Source: Flavobacteriaceae bacterium
GTDB taxonomy: Bacteria > Bacteroidota > Bacteroidia > Flavobacteriales > Flavobacteriaceae
DNA: 64,000 bases
Reading direction: 5' to 3'
NCBI GenBank assembly: GCA_947446635.1
Contig: CANFHF010000009.1
Coordinates: forward strand, 494-64,493
Part shown: positions 1 through 8,594 of the stretch, in pieces
Layout: each line of letters opens with the position of its first letter
Position numbering within the stretch: position 1 is the stretch's first letter
Notes under the pieces: generated by a model
The model's database searches: none
Told to the model about the DNA's origin: nothing
Seen by the model: the letters and a program-made list of their open reading frames with translations, nothing else
Program-made: the position numbers and the translations under genes

Positions 1-55
1 CGTTCAGTTATGGTTCGCCTTTGTTTCTATTTCACCTTATTACATTAAATCCAAT

Positions 56-2458
56 CTAATCAAAATTAATTTCGGGATATTTACAAATCTTTTTGGTTTT
101 TCTCACTATTAATCCACTGTTAATTTCGTCAACTATGTTGTGATATTTATGATATTCCTTTAAAAAAATATCCCCTTTATAATATGCGTCTTCAATTGAT
201 ACGTGATTGAATACACTATTTTTTAAATCTGTATCAAAAACATTTTCAATGTCGGTAACCACTTTTATTGAGTGCGTTTTGTACGCTTTATCAAATTGCT
301 TTGCGCCCGCCTTAATGTCATTGTTATCGGTTTTGTTAATCATATTCATTAATTCGGCTTTGAGTTGGTTTTGAATATCGACTTCTTTATTAATTTGTAA
401 ATCGCTATCACGTCCAGCAACCTCACAAAGAATTAAAAACAGTTGTTGTGCCGTGGCTCTATTATTTACTAACCGATTCAATGCCTTTAATTCATTTTCG
501 TAACTCGAAACCCTTTTCTTTAAAAATGCGTTTTGTTGTTGTGGTTTTAACGATATGCACTTAAAAGTTACGCTCTTTATACTACTATTATAAAGAGAGT
601 AACTCTTAACTCGTTTTCGTCCTTGCCTATGTAATCCACTACATAAAATATTAAACTTTTTAATAATAGCATACGTCAATAAGTTGTTGATTTTACGCCC
701 TGTTATTATAGCTTCATTCAAAAAACCATAATCATTGTTTGTTATGCGTTCCTGTAATAAATCATACAATTCAAAGTAATTATTTTTAATTGTCATTTTG
801 CCCCGTGCTTCATTTAATGCGTTAAGAAAATCAATTCTGTATTGAAAATTTAAGTTTTCTATTAAATCAAAATCCCTGGTCTTTGTTGTAATAAGTGAAG
901 CATTATATTGATACTTCATAACCTTAAAAAACATAGCACGAACATTAAAAACGTTATTACTAAATTCTCTAATGTGTTTCAATATTAAATAGACGTGCAT
1001 CGGGTTTGTAGGTTGTTTGTTTAAATATTCTAATGTAGAAAACATAACAGTGCAATTATAATTAAACGTGTCGGAATTGGCTTTAAAATTGTTTGTATTA
1101 AATCCCGCGCTTATGTATTCATACTTTGAATTGTAAAATTTAAAACCGTTTGCCGTGCCTTTAACTTTAGGTTTGATTGCTTCATACTTTGACGTTAAAT
1201 TTAAACCCTGTGGAATACTTCCGATATAAGCATAAGGCAAACGTTTATTTGACAAACTAAAACTTTCTTTTATAGCTGGGCGGTTAAGTTCTTTATATCC
1301 AAAATCACAATTTGGAATAACTTTTAAATTATAACATTCGGCTTTTGTCTTTGTGTCTATAAAATATAAAGCATCGTGCAACCGTGCGCCCCGTTCTAAA
1401 TTGTTTTGAGCGACAAAGGTCTTTATTGCTTTGTCTTCTCGACGTGTCATAAATTGAAAAAACTTTAAATGGTCATTGTGCGTGAAATACAATAACATTG
1501 TAATATGTTTTGACGCATAACCACACGATAAAAAAAAGTCAGCCGTAAAGTCTTTGGTTTTATATTCTCGACTGTTGCAAATGGTGTTATACATTTTCTT
1601 TGCTTCGCTTCGTGAAATATTTTTTGACTTCATTAAATCATTATAAACGTGGTCTTTTTGCTTTGCTCCCGTTAATGCGTCCAAGAAAGTAGGGAATGCG
1701 CTCTTTATATCACATTCAATTATTTTAAATGGCGTTAATGGTCGCAATTGTCGTGACGTTTTCGTTAATGGGTTGTATTCTCGATTATCTTTAATCAATA
1801 TATTAAAATGTGTTGTAGGTAATTTTAATTCTTTACATACCATAAACAAAATATAATAATACCATTGATTAACTAATGTAAAACCATTTATAGGTATATT
1901 TTCAGTCGTTGCCGTGTCAATATCATTGTACTTTTTATCTAAATAATTTCGATCAAAATTATAGTTGTCAATAGGTAGCTTTTGGCCTGTCGTTATGTAG
2001 TGGTTTAAATAGTCAATGTGTTGGTGATGTCCAAAATATTGCGAATTAAAAAACCACGCACTTTGAATTATTAACCAGCAATGTTTGAATAGTGGTGCAT
2101 CATTCAATTTATAAAAAGGCACGTCTATTTCGTGTATTGCCGTGTATGTGGTTAAGTTGTTCGCATCAAAAAAACCCTTTACCATTTCAACGGTGTAATA
2201 ACTATCTTTTATTTTATCCGTGAATATCTCACTATAAAAATAAGCCAATGCCAAACGCGTAATATCTGAAAACGAAACCCCGTAACCGTTTTTATTATCG
2301 CCCCGTATATCATTCAAAGCTTTTATAAATTCGGTTTCGATATTAACCGAAATTCGGTTTTGTATATCGGTTTTTAAATTAGAATAATTAAAAAAATCTA
2401 ATTCAATCCATTTTGCAATATAGGTTTTTGGCACGGCTGGTGTTGTTGCCGTGCTCAT
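56..2458 (-). CDS. 800-aa protein with a putative PolA/T7-RNAP-superfamily (TV-Pol-like) polymerase domain
   Basis: Ordered motifs REYNPLTKTSRQLR (aa 226-239), IECDIKSAFP (D250, motif A), RSEAKK (R283/K287, motif B), RLHDALYF (H361/D362, motif C). Flanking regions not recognised. Confidence 0.6.
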   Translation of the reverse strand: MSTATTPAVPKTYIAKWIELDFFNYSNLKTDIQNRISVNIETEFIKALNDIRGDNKNGYGVSFSDITRLALAYFYSEIFTDKIKDSYYTVEMVKGFFDANNLTTYTAIHEIDVPFYKLNDAPLFKHCWLIIQSAWFFNSQYFGHHQHIDYLNHYITTGQKLPIDNYNFDRNYLDKKYNDIDTATTENIPINGFTLVNQWYYYILFMVCKELKLPTTHFNILIKDNREYNPLTKTSRQLRPLTPFKIIECDIKSAFPTFLDALTGAKQKDHVYNDLMKSKNISRSEAKKMYNTICNSREYKTKDFTADFFLSCGYASKHITMLLYFTHNDHLKFFQFMTRREDKAIKTFVAQNNLERGARLHDALYFIDTKTKAECYNLKVIPNCDFGYKELNRPAIKESFSLSNKRLPYAYIGSIPQGLNLTSKYEAIKPKVKGTANGFKFYNSKYEYISAGFNTNNFKANSDTFNYNCTVMFSTLEYLNKQPTNPMHVYLILKHIREFSNNVFNVRAMFFKVMKYQYNASLITTKTRDFDLIENLNFQYRIDFLNALNEARGKMTIKNNYFELYDLLQERITNNDYGFLNEAIITGRKINNLLTYAIIKKFNILCSGLHRQGRKRVKSYSLYNSSIKSVTFKCISLKPQQQNAFLKKRVSSYENELKALNRLVNNRATAQQLFLILCEVAGRDSDLQINKEVDIQNQLKAELMNMINKTDNNDIKAGAKQFDKAYKTHSIKVVTDIENVFDTDLKNSVFNHVSIEDAYYKGDIFLKEYHKYHNIVDEINSGLIVRKTKKICKYPEINFD

Positions 2459-2462
2459 AAGT

Positions 2463-2744
2463 TTACACGTTTAAAGGTTGTAAACTTGCCTCAATTTCAC
2501 TGCGTAAAAAGTAAACGCGCGAACCAATGCCAAGCGGGTTTAATCGTTTTGACTTGCACCAGTTGTGTACCGTGCTAATGTCAACACTGAACATTTTTGC
2601 CACGTCTGAGCGTGTCAAATATTCCTTTGGTTGAACAGGGGCAAAATGTTTTAAAAAGTCGTCTAAAACTACTTTTACATCTGCTGTAATTTCATTTTTT
2701 AAATCTTGTGGCGAGGTTGCCACGAATTGAACTGTTGCGCTCAT
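2463..2744 (-). CDS. Helix-turn-helix DNA-binding protein, excisionase-like (HTH_17/MerR-like)
   Basis: YLTRSDVAKMFSVDISTVHNWCKSKRL...GSRVYFLRSEI is the typical excisionase winged-HTH pattern; lies inside the integrase-bearing element. Confidence 0.85.
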   Translation of the reverse strand: MSATVQFVATSPQDLKNEITADVKVVLDDFLKHFAPVQPKEYLTRSDVAKMFSVDISTVHNWCKSKRLNPLGIGSRVYFLRSEIEASLQPLNV

Positions 2745-2827
2745 AACTTAAGTTTTTATGTTATGAGAGCAAAGGGAATTGTTCGCTTGTTCCTTGTGAA
2801 GTACGGAATTGTACTTTTTACGGTACG

Positions 2828-3529
2828 TTATTTATTTTGAGGTTTAAACCAATCTAATGCGCTCGAATAGTCTTTTTTTCTTTGTGGACTTGTGGCTTGT
2901 AGTTTGGTTTTTATTTTTGTAAACTCCTCGCCGTATGTTTCAATAAACCATAATCTAAATGGTTCGGGTTTTTGATGTATAAATTTATCTTCAAATAAAC
3001 ATCTGTAATAATAACTTAAATCTTCATAACGCCCTGTTGTGTTTTTTGGCTTAACGTAATCGTTTAAGATATATTCAAACAATTTAAAACCATTATTTGA
3101 AAACATTTCACCATGTGGTTCATTTATTATTGTAATGTTGTTTTCGATTGTTGAGGTGTTTGATAAATTGAGGTTTTCGGGAATGGTTGTTTTACTAAAA
3201 ATACTATCTGATGCTGTTTCAAGTTCTGATTTTTTAATTTCTAAAAATGACATAATTTTATTGTAACTCGACAAATCTAATTCTATCACCCATTTTTTTA
3301 AATCAAGCTCTCCTATTTCTTCAAGTTCGCTTTTTTGATTTTCCGCTATTGGTCTGATATATTCTTTTATATATCTTATTTCGCTGTCAATAAAATTAAT
3401 TTCATCATTATCAATATGTCGTTTTATATAATATTCAATTAAATTAGGGTAATCACTTATATATTCCTCTAATGTTTTACCCCTGAAACTATCTGAATTG
3501 TCGGAATTATTTAATTTTAGATTTCTCAT
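2828..3529 (-). CDS. Hypothetical protein (233 aa) between integrase and excisionase
   Basis: Long acidic ORF co-oriented with its neighbours; no family recognised. Confidence 0.7.
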   Translation of the reverse strand: MRNLKLNNSDNSDSFRGKTLEEYISDYPNLIEYYIKRHIDNDEINFIDSEIRYIKEYIRPIAENQKSELEEIGELDLKKWVIELDLSSYNKIMSFLEIKKSELETASDSIFSKTTIPENLNLSNTSTIENNITIINEPHGEMFSNNGFKLFEYILNDYVKPKNTTGRYEDLSYYYRCLFEDKFIHQKPEPFRLWFIETYGEEFTKIKTKLQATSPQRKKDYSSALDWFKPQNK

Positions 3530-3557
3530 TCGCTATTTCTTTTAAATCTTAATAGTA

Positions 3558-4880
3558 TTAACATACAGTGCCATTTTTAATTACTTTCATTTCGGGTGCT
3601 TTGTCTTTATGTATGTCATTGTAAAACTTCATAAACAAATCGGCATTTTCGTCTGTATCCTCCGGGGCATTAATATAAACCCTAAAAATTGATTCTTTGC
3701 TATGTCCTGAAATGCCCATTAAAACGGGTGTCGGTATCTTTTTATAGTAGTTAGTACAAAAAGAACGCCTAAAAGAATGGGTAGTTATTAGTTTGTGTTT
3801 TTCATATTTATTAAAAACTTTACGCCCTGTTTTCGCATCATATATTTTACCCTCTGTCATTGTATTTATTTTGGCAATTTCGCAAACTTTTTTAATATGG
3901 TCATTTAGTTTTTGAGTTGAGATTTTATAAGGAAAACCGTTTTCAATTATATCAATAACGTGCGGAGCGATTATTCCAATTGTTATAGGTTTTTTCGTTT
4001 TTGTTTGCACTATGTCTAAATACATATTACCGCCTTTGTATCTTATATTGTCAGGTGTGATGTCGAGTAAATCCCCACCACGTTGTCCAATTTCACATCC
4101 TATCAACAACCATTTACGGGCGTTTTGATACGCTTCACTTTTTATTTCCGCTTTCCTTATTTCATCTAATTCCGAAAAAGATAAAGTTTGAATATATCGG
4201 TCTTCATCGCTTTCTGTCGCTATGGTAATTTGTTTAGCATACGAATTAACTTGAATACCTTTGTTTTCGGCTTCAATGCAGACAGTCTTAATATTAGCTA
4301 TATGTTTTGAGGATGTATTTATAGCATAATTCTTGGTTTTAAGAAGCCAATTTTCAAACTTATCGATTAATATTTGATTTATATCGATAAAGTGAATTTG
4401 CTTTTTTGCTTTGGCTTCGTATTCCTTTAAAATATTTTTTGTCGCTATGTAACTATTTTTTCTACTCAGTGATAGTCCGTGTTTGTAACCTCCTTTTACT
4501 TTTACTTTTCGGGTGTCGGCAGTATCGATAATATTTTGAATGTAGTTTGTGATTAATCCCTCATCAGTCTTCAATACCCTTTCAAAACAATCATTAATTT
4601 TCGAATTTAGCCAAAAAGAATCTATTACAATGGTTTCGCCCAAATCATTATTTAGGCTCTTAAAAAGGAATGATTCCAATTTTTTAAGGTTGTTGAAAAT
4701 TACTTTGTTTTCAGTATTGTTTTGTTTTGGTAGGTCAGTGCTTTCGCTCCAATCTTTAGGATTAATTGAAAATCCGGTATTCAGTTCAAGGTCTTGTTTT
4801 CCTCGACCTAAAATGAGACGGACTTTAATTGAAACATTTTTGTCGGCTGTACTTCTTAATCTGAATTTAATAGATGCCAT
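3558..4880 (-). CDS. int: Site-specific tyrosine recombinase/integrase
   Basis: Catalytic set GQRGGDL (R), QTKT (K), THSFRRSF (HxxR), SGHS (H), FRVY (Y); N-terminal arm-binding-like beta region. Start placed at ATG 4880 (MASIKFRLR) because a TAnnTTTG box lies at 4907-4914. Confidence 0.95.
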   Translation of the reverse strand: MASIKFRLRSTADKNVSIKVRLILGRGKQDLELNTGFSINPKDWSESTDLPKQNNTENKVIFNNLKKLESFLFKSLNNDLGETIVIDSFWLNSKINDCFERVLKTDEGLITNYIQNIIDTADTRKVKVKGGYKHGLSLSRKNSYIATKNILKEYEAKAKKQIHFIDINQILIDKFENWLLKTKNYAINTSSKHIANIKTVCIEAENKGIQVNSYAKQITIATESDEDRYIQTLSFSELDEIRKAEIKSEAYQNARKWLLIGCEIGQRGGDLLDITPDNIRYKGGNMYLDIVQTKTKKPITIGIIAPHVIDIIENGFPYKISTQKLNDHIKKVCEIAKINTMTEGKIYDAKTGRKVFNKYEKHKLITTHSFRRSFCTNYYKKIPTPVLMGISGHSKESIFRVYINAPEDTDENADLFMKFYNDIHKDKAPEMKVIKNGTVC

Positions 4881-4906
4881 ATTTAATTTTGAAAGGTTAA
4901 TCAAGG

Positions 4907-4914
4907 CAAAGATA
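4907..4914 (-). promoter_or_regulatory. Bacteroidota -7 promoter box of the integrase
   Basis: Minus strand TATCTTTG matches TAnnTTTG, 27 nt before the ATG. Confidence 0.6.
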
Positions 4915-4940
4915 TTCATTTTACAATACGATTCCAAAAG

Positions 4941-4962
4941 TTGCCCGACATTTGCCCGACAT
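4941..4962. repeat. Perfect 11-bp tandem direct repeat TTGCCCGACAT x2, candidate integrase arm-type site
   Basis: Seen directly; lies between the integrase start and the att core. Confidence 0.65.
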
Positions 4963-5096
4963 TTTTACAATCATATTACATTTTATTCAATTTCATTCTA
5001 TCAATATGTTGTTTCAGATATTGCTATTAAGCATTGAATTTGTTGAGTTTAATAGGTTTTTATGCGATGTTTTGAGGGCTATTGAAAAATGTCAAA

Positions 5097-5126
5097 CCGT
5101 GCCGGTTCGACTCCGGCTCCGGGTAC
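5097..5126 (+). other. att site: duplicated tRNA 3' end (T-arm plus acceptor 3' strand), probably tRNA-Leu
   Basis: CCGT-GCCGG-TTCGACT-CCGGC-TCCGGGT-A-C forms a perfect T-stem/loop and acceptor 3' strand, with no matching 5' half upstream. The Leu assignment is inferred from recalled Bacteroidota tRNA-Leu ends. Confidence 0.8.
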
Positions 5127-5156
5127 AAAAACCGCTTCGAAAGAAGCGGTTTTTTT
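5127..5156 (+). terminator. Intrinsic terminator downstream of the tRNA fragment (bidirectional, also ends bioF)
   Basis: ACCGCTTC-GAAA-GAAGCGGT stem-loop flanked by A and T runs. Confidence 0.9.
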
Positions 5157-5230
5157 GTCTTCTTACTATGGATCTTCCCTAAACTTGTGAATCAAAAAAA
5201 TGAAGCAGTAATACCTGTTTCATCTCTAGT

Positions 5231-6373
5231 CTAAAAAACAAAAACACTCAACAAACCCAATACTTCCGATATTTCTTCTTTGGTATTGAAGCTATGAAGG
5301 CAAAACCGCAATCGCTCTTGCCCTTCGGGAACGGTGGGAGAGAGAATAGCTTTAACATTAAACCCTTTTCCTTGAAGTTGATTTGCCATGGCTTTTACGT
5401 TTTGGTTTCCGGGAATTATGGCGCTTTGAATTGCCGATTTACTTCGGACAAACATAGGTTTCAATCCCAACAGATTCTTTTCTTGGTTGAAATGAATGAT
5501 ATTTTCCCGAAGTTTTTCGATCGTCTGCTTTTCTGATTCCAAATGTTGATAACCCACTAAAATCGTGGCAACAGAATGCGGTGAAAGTCCCGTGGTATAA
5601 ATGAAACTTCGGGCGAAATTGAGGAGATAATCCTTCAATTTTTGCGAACCTAATATTGCTGCTCCATGACAACCCAATCCTTTTCCGAAAGTCATTATTC
5701 GGGTAAAAACTCGGTCTTGTAAACCCAATAGTTGAACCAATCCTTCTCCTTTATCGCCGAAAACCCCCAATGCATGCGCTTCATCAATTACTAAATTACA
5801 CTTGTATTTTTCGGAAATTTGTGTTAATTCTTCAAGATTTGGCGTGTCGCCATCCATAGAGAAAACACTTTCGGTGACGACGTAGACTTCTATAAGCTCA
5901 GTCTGAAAGCGTTGGATGAGTTTTTCTAGGTCTTCGAAATCATGATGCTGAAACTTATAGGATTTGGCATTCGAAAGTTGGATTCCATCTCGAATGGAAG
6001 CATGGCACAATTCATCATACAAAACCACATCGCCTTTTTGTGGAACCGAACTAAAAAAACCCACATTAGCATCGTAACCCGAATTGAAAATCAAAGCACT
6101 TTCCGTTTGATGAAATTGGGCGATACTATTTTCCGCTTCTTGATAGACTTTGTGGTTTCCGGATAATAACCGAGAACCCGTTGCTCCGTTTTGAACACAA
6201 TTATTTTCAATTAGATACCGATGCGTTTTATCGAAAATAGCTTTGTTTTTAGAAAATCCAATATAATCATTCGATGCAAAATCGATTAAATCATTAGGCA
6301 AAGACAATTTCCGTAAAGCATTGTTTTGCTTGCGAATTTCGAGTTTAGCGGAGAGACTTTTCGGAAACTTCAT
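5231..6373 (-). CDS. bioF: 8-amino-7-oxononanoate synthase family PLP enzyme
   Basis: DFASNDYIG, GATGSRLLSGN, DELCHASIRDG, SVFSMDGD, DEAHALG, TFGKGLG motifs. Confidence 0.9.
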   Translation of the reverse strand: MKFPKSLSAKLEIRKQNNALRKLSLPNDLIDFASNDYIGFSKNKAIFDKTHRYLIENNCVQNGATGSRLLSGNHKVYQEAENSIAQFHQTESALIFNSGYDANVGFFSSVPQKGDVVLYDELCHASIRDGIQLSNAKSYKFQHHDFEDLEKLIQRFQTELIEVYVVTESVFSMDGDTPNLEELTQISEKYKCNLVIDEAHALGVFGDKGEGLVQLLGLQDRVFTRIMTFGKGLGCHGAAILGSQKLKDYLLNFARSFIYTTGLSPHSVATILVGYQHLESEKQTIEKLRENIIHFNQEKNLLGLKPMFVRSKSAIQSAIIPGNQNVKAMANQLQGKGFNVKAILSPTVPEGQERLRFCLHSFNTKEEISEVLGLLSVFVF

Positions 6374-6493
6374 AAGGGCAAAGTTATTGATTTAATGTTT
6401 AAAAATCCCGCAAAATACTAATTGCCATAAGGAAACTCCAAAAAAAAAAGTCACACATTGCTGTATGACTTTATAATTTATTTGGAATTGCTT

Positions 6494-6775
6494 TTAGTCT
6501 GCTAACACAATTACTTTATTGTCTTTCATTTCTATGGTTCCAGATTCAATAGCAAGGGTGTAGTTCTGCTCGTTCACTTTCGTGAATAAATTTTCAGATT
6601 CTTTGCTGAATTTGAAACTCGGAGCCGTAATCTTTACGGTTCCCTTTTGAAGCAAAGAAACTATTGGGGCGTGATTATTTAGCATTTGAAAATGACCATT
6701 AACTCCTGGAAGGGAAACGGAAGTCACTTCGCCTGAAAATAATTTTGCTTCTGGTGATACTATTTCTAAAATCAT
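6494..6775 (-). CDS. atpC: ATP synthase F1 epsilon subunit
   Basis: LEIVSPE...LPG..G.FQMLNNHAPIVS; directly downstream of atpD. Confidence 0.93.
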   Translation of the reverse strand: MILEIVSPEAKLFSGEVTSVSLPGVNGHFQMLNNHAPIVSLLQKGTVKITAPSFKFSKESENLFTKVNEQNYTLAIESGTIEMKDNKVIVLAD

Positions 6776-6835
6776 TTTTTAATTGATAATTGATAATTGA
6801 TAATTTTCACATTATCAATTATCCATTGTTAATTG

Positions 6836-8350
<1,515 letters not shown>

Positions 8351-8430
8351 TTATGTATTTATTATATAGCTATTCCGATTTATGAAGCACACCAAATCGA
8401 AACTTTTCTATTAGATGCTTTTTCAGTGCG

Positions 8431-8438
8431 CAAAGGTA
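8431..8438 (-). promoter_or_regulatory. -7 promoter box of atpDC
   Basis: TACCTTTG on the minus strand upstream of atpD. Confidence 0.6.
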
Positions 8439-8542
8439 ATTTTTTAAAATATAAAAATCAACACTTTTTTTATAAAAAATGAAGTGCTTTTTGTAGGATT
8501 GTTTGTAAATAGAAACTAAATCAAGAAAAGTGCTTGTAAAAC

Positions 8543-8573
8543 AAAAAACCATCCCGCGATACGAGATGGTTTT
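8543..8573 (-). terminator. Intrinsic terminator of the TonB-dependent receptor gene
   Basis: AAAACCATC...GATGGTTTT hairpin with a T run on the minus strand. Confidence 0.75.
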
Positions 8574-8594
8574 AAAACTATTGTGATTCTACTT

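Larger units (their letters stand above)
1..5126. mobile_element. Integrative element (phage-satellite/IME-like), right end; continues beyond the left edge of the window
   Basis: Tyrosine integrase, HTH excisionase-like gene and orphan ORFs, all on the minus strand and visibly AT-rich. Bounded by a tRNA 3'-end fragment plus terminator at 5097-5156, after which housekeeping genes resume. Confidence 0.85.

Noticed and set aside
56-2458. 800-aa ORF as a reverse transcriptase, family B polymerase or AEP primase
   Set aside because: No YxDD, YGDTDS or AEP DxD/H pattern seen; the D, RxxxK and HD order fits the family A/T7 superfamily better.
5040-5126. Intact tRNA-Leu (a TTGAGGG resembling an anticodon loop lies at about 5072-5078)
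   Set aside because: No anticodon stem, D-arm or acceptor 5' strand can be paired; only the 3' 30 nt are tRNA-like.
6781-6830. AATTGAT x3 with complementary ATTATCAATT tract between atpD and atpC
   Set aside because: A short AT-rich heptamer repeat of a kind common in Flavobacterium intergenic DNA; no evidence of a specific function.
8370-8552. 60-aa ORF upstream of atpD
   Set aside because: Overlaps the atpD promoter box and the upstream terminator; low-complexity and probably non-coding.
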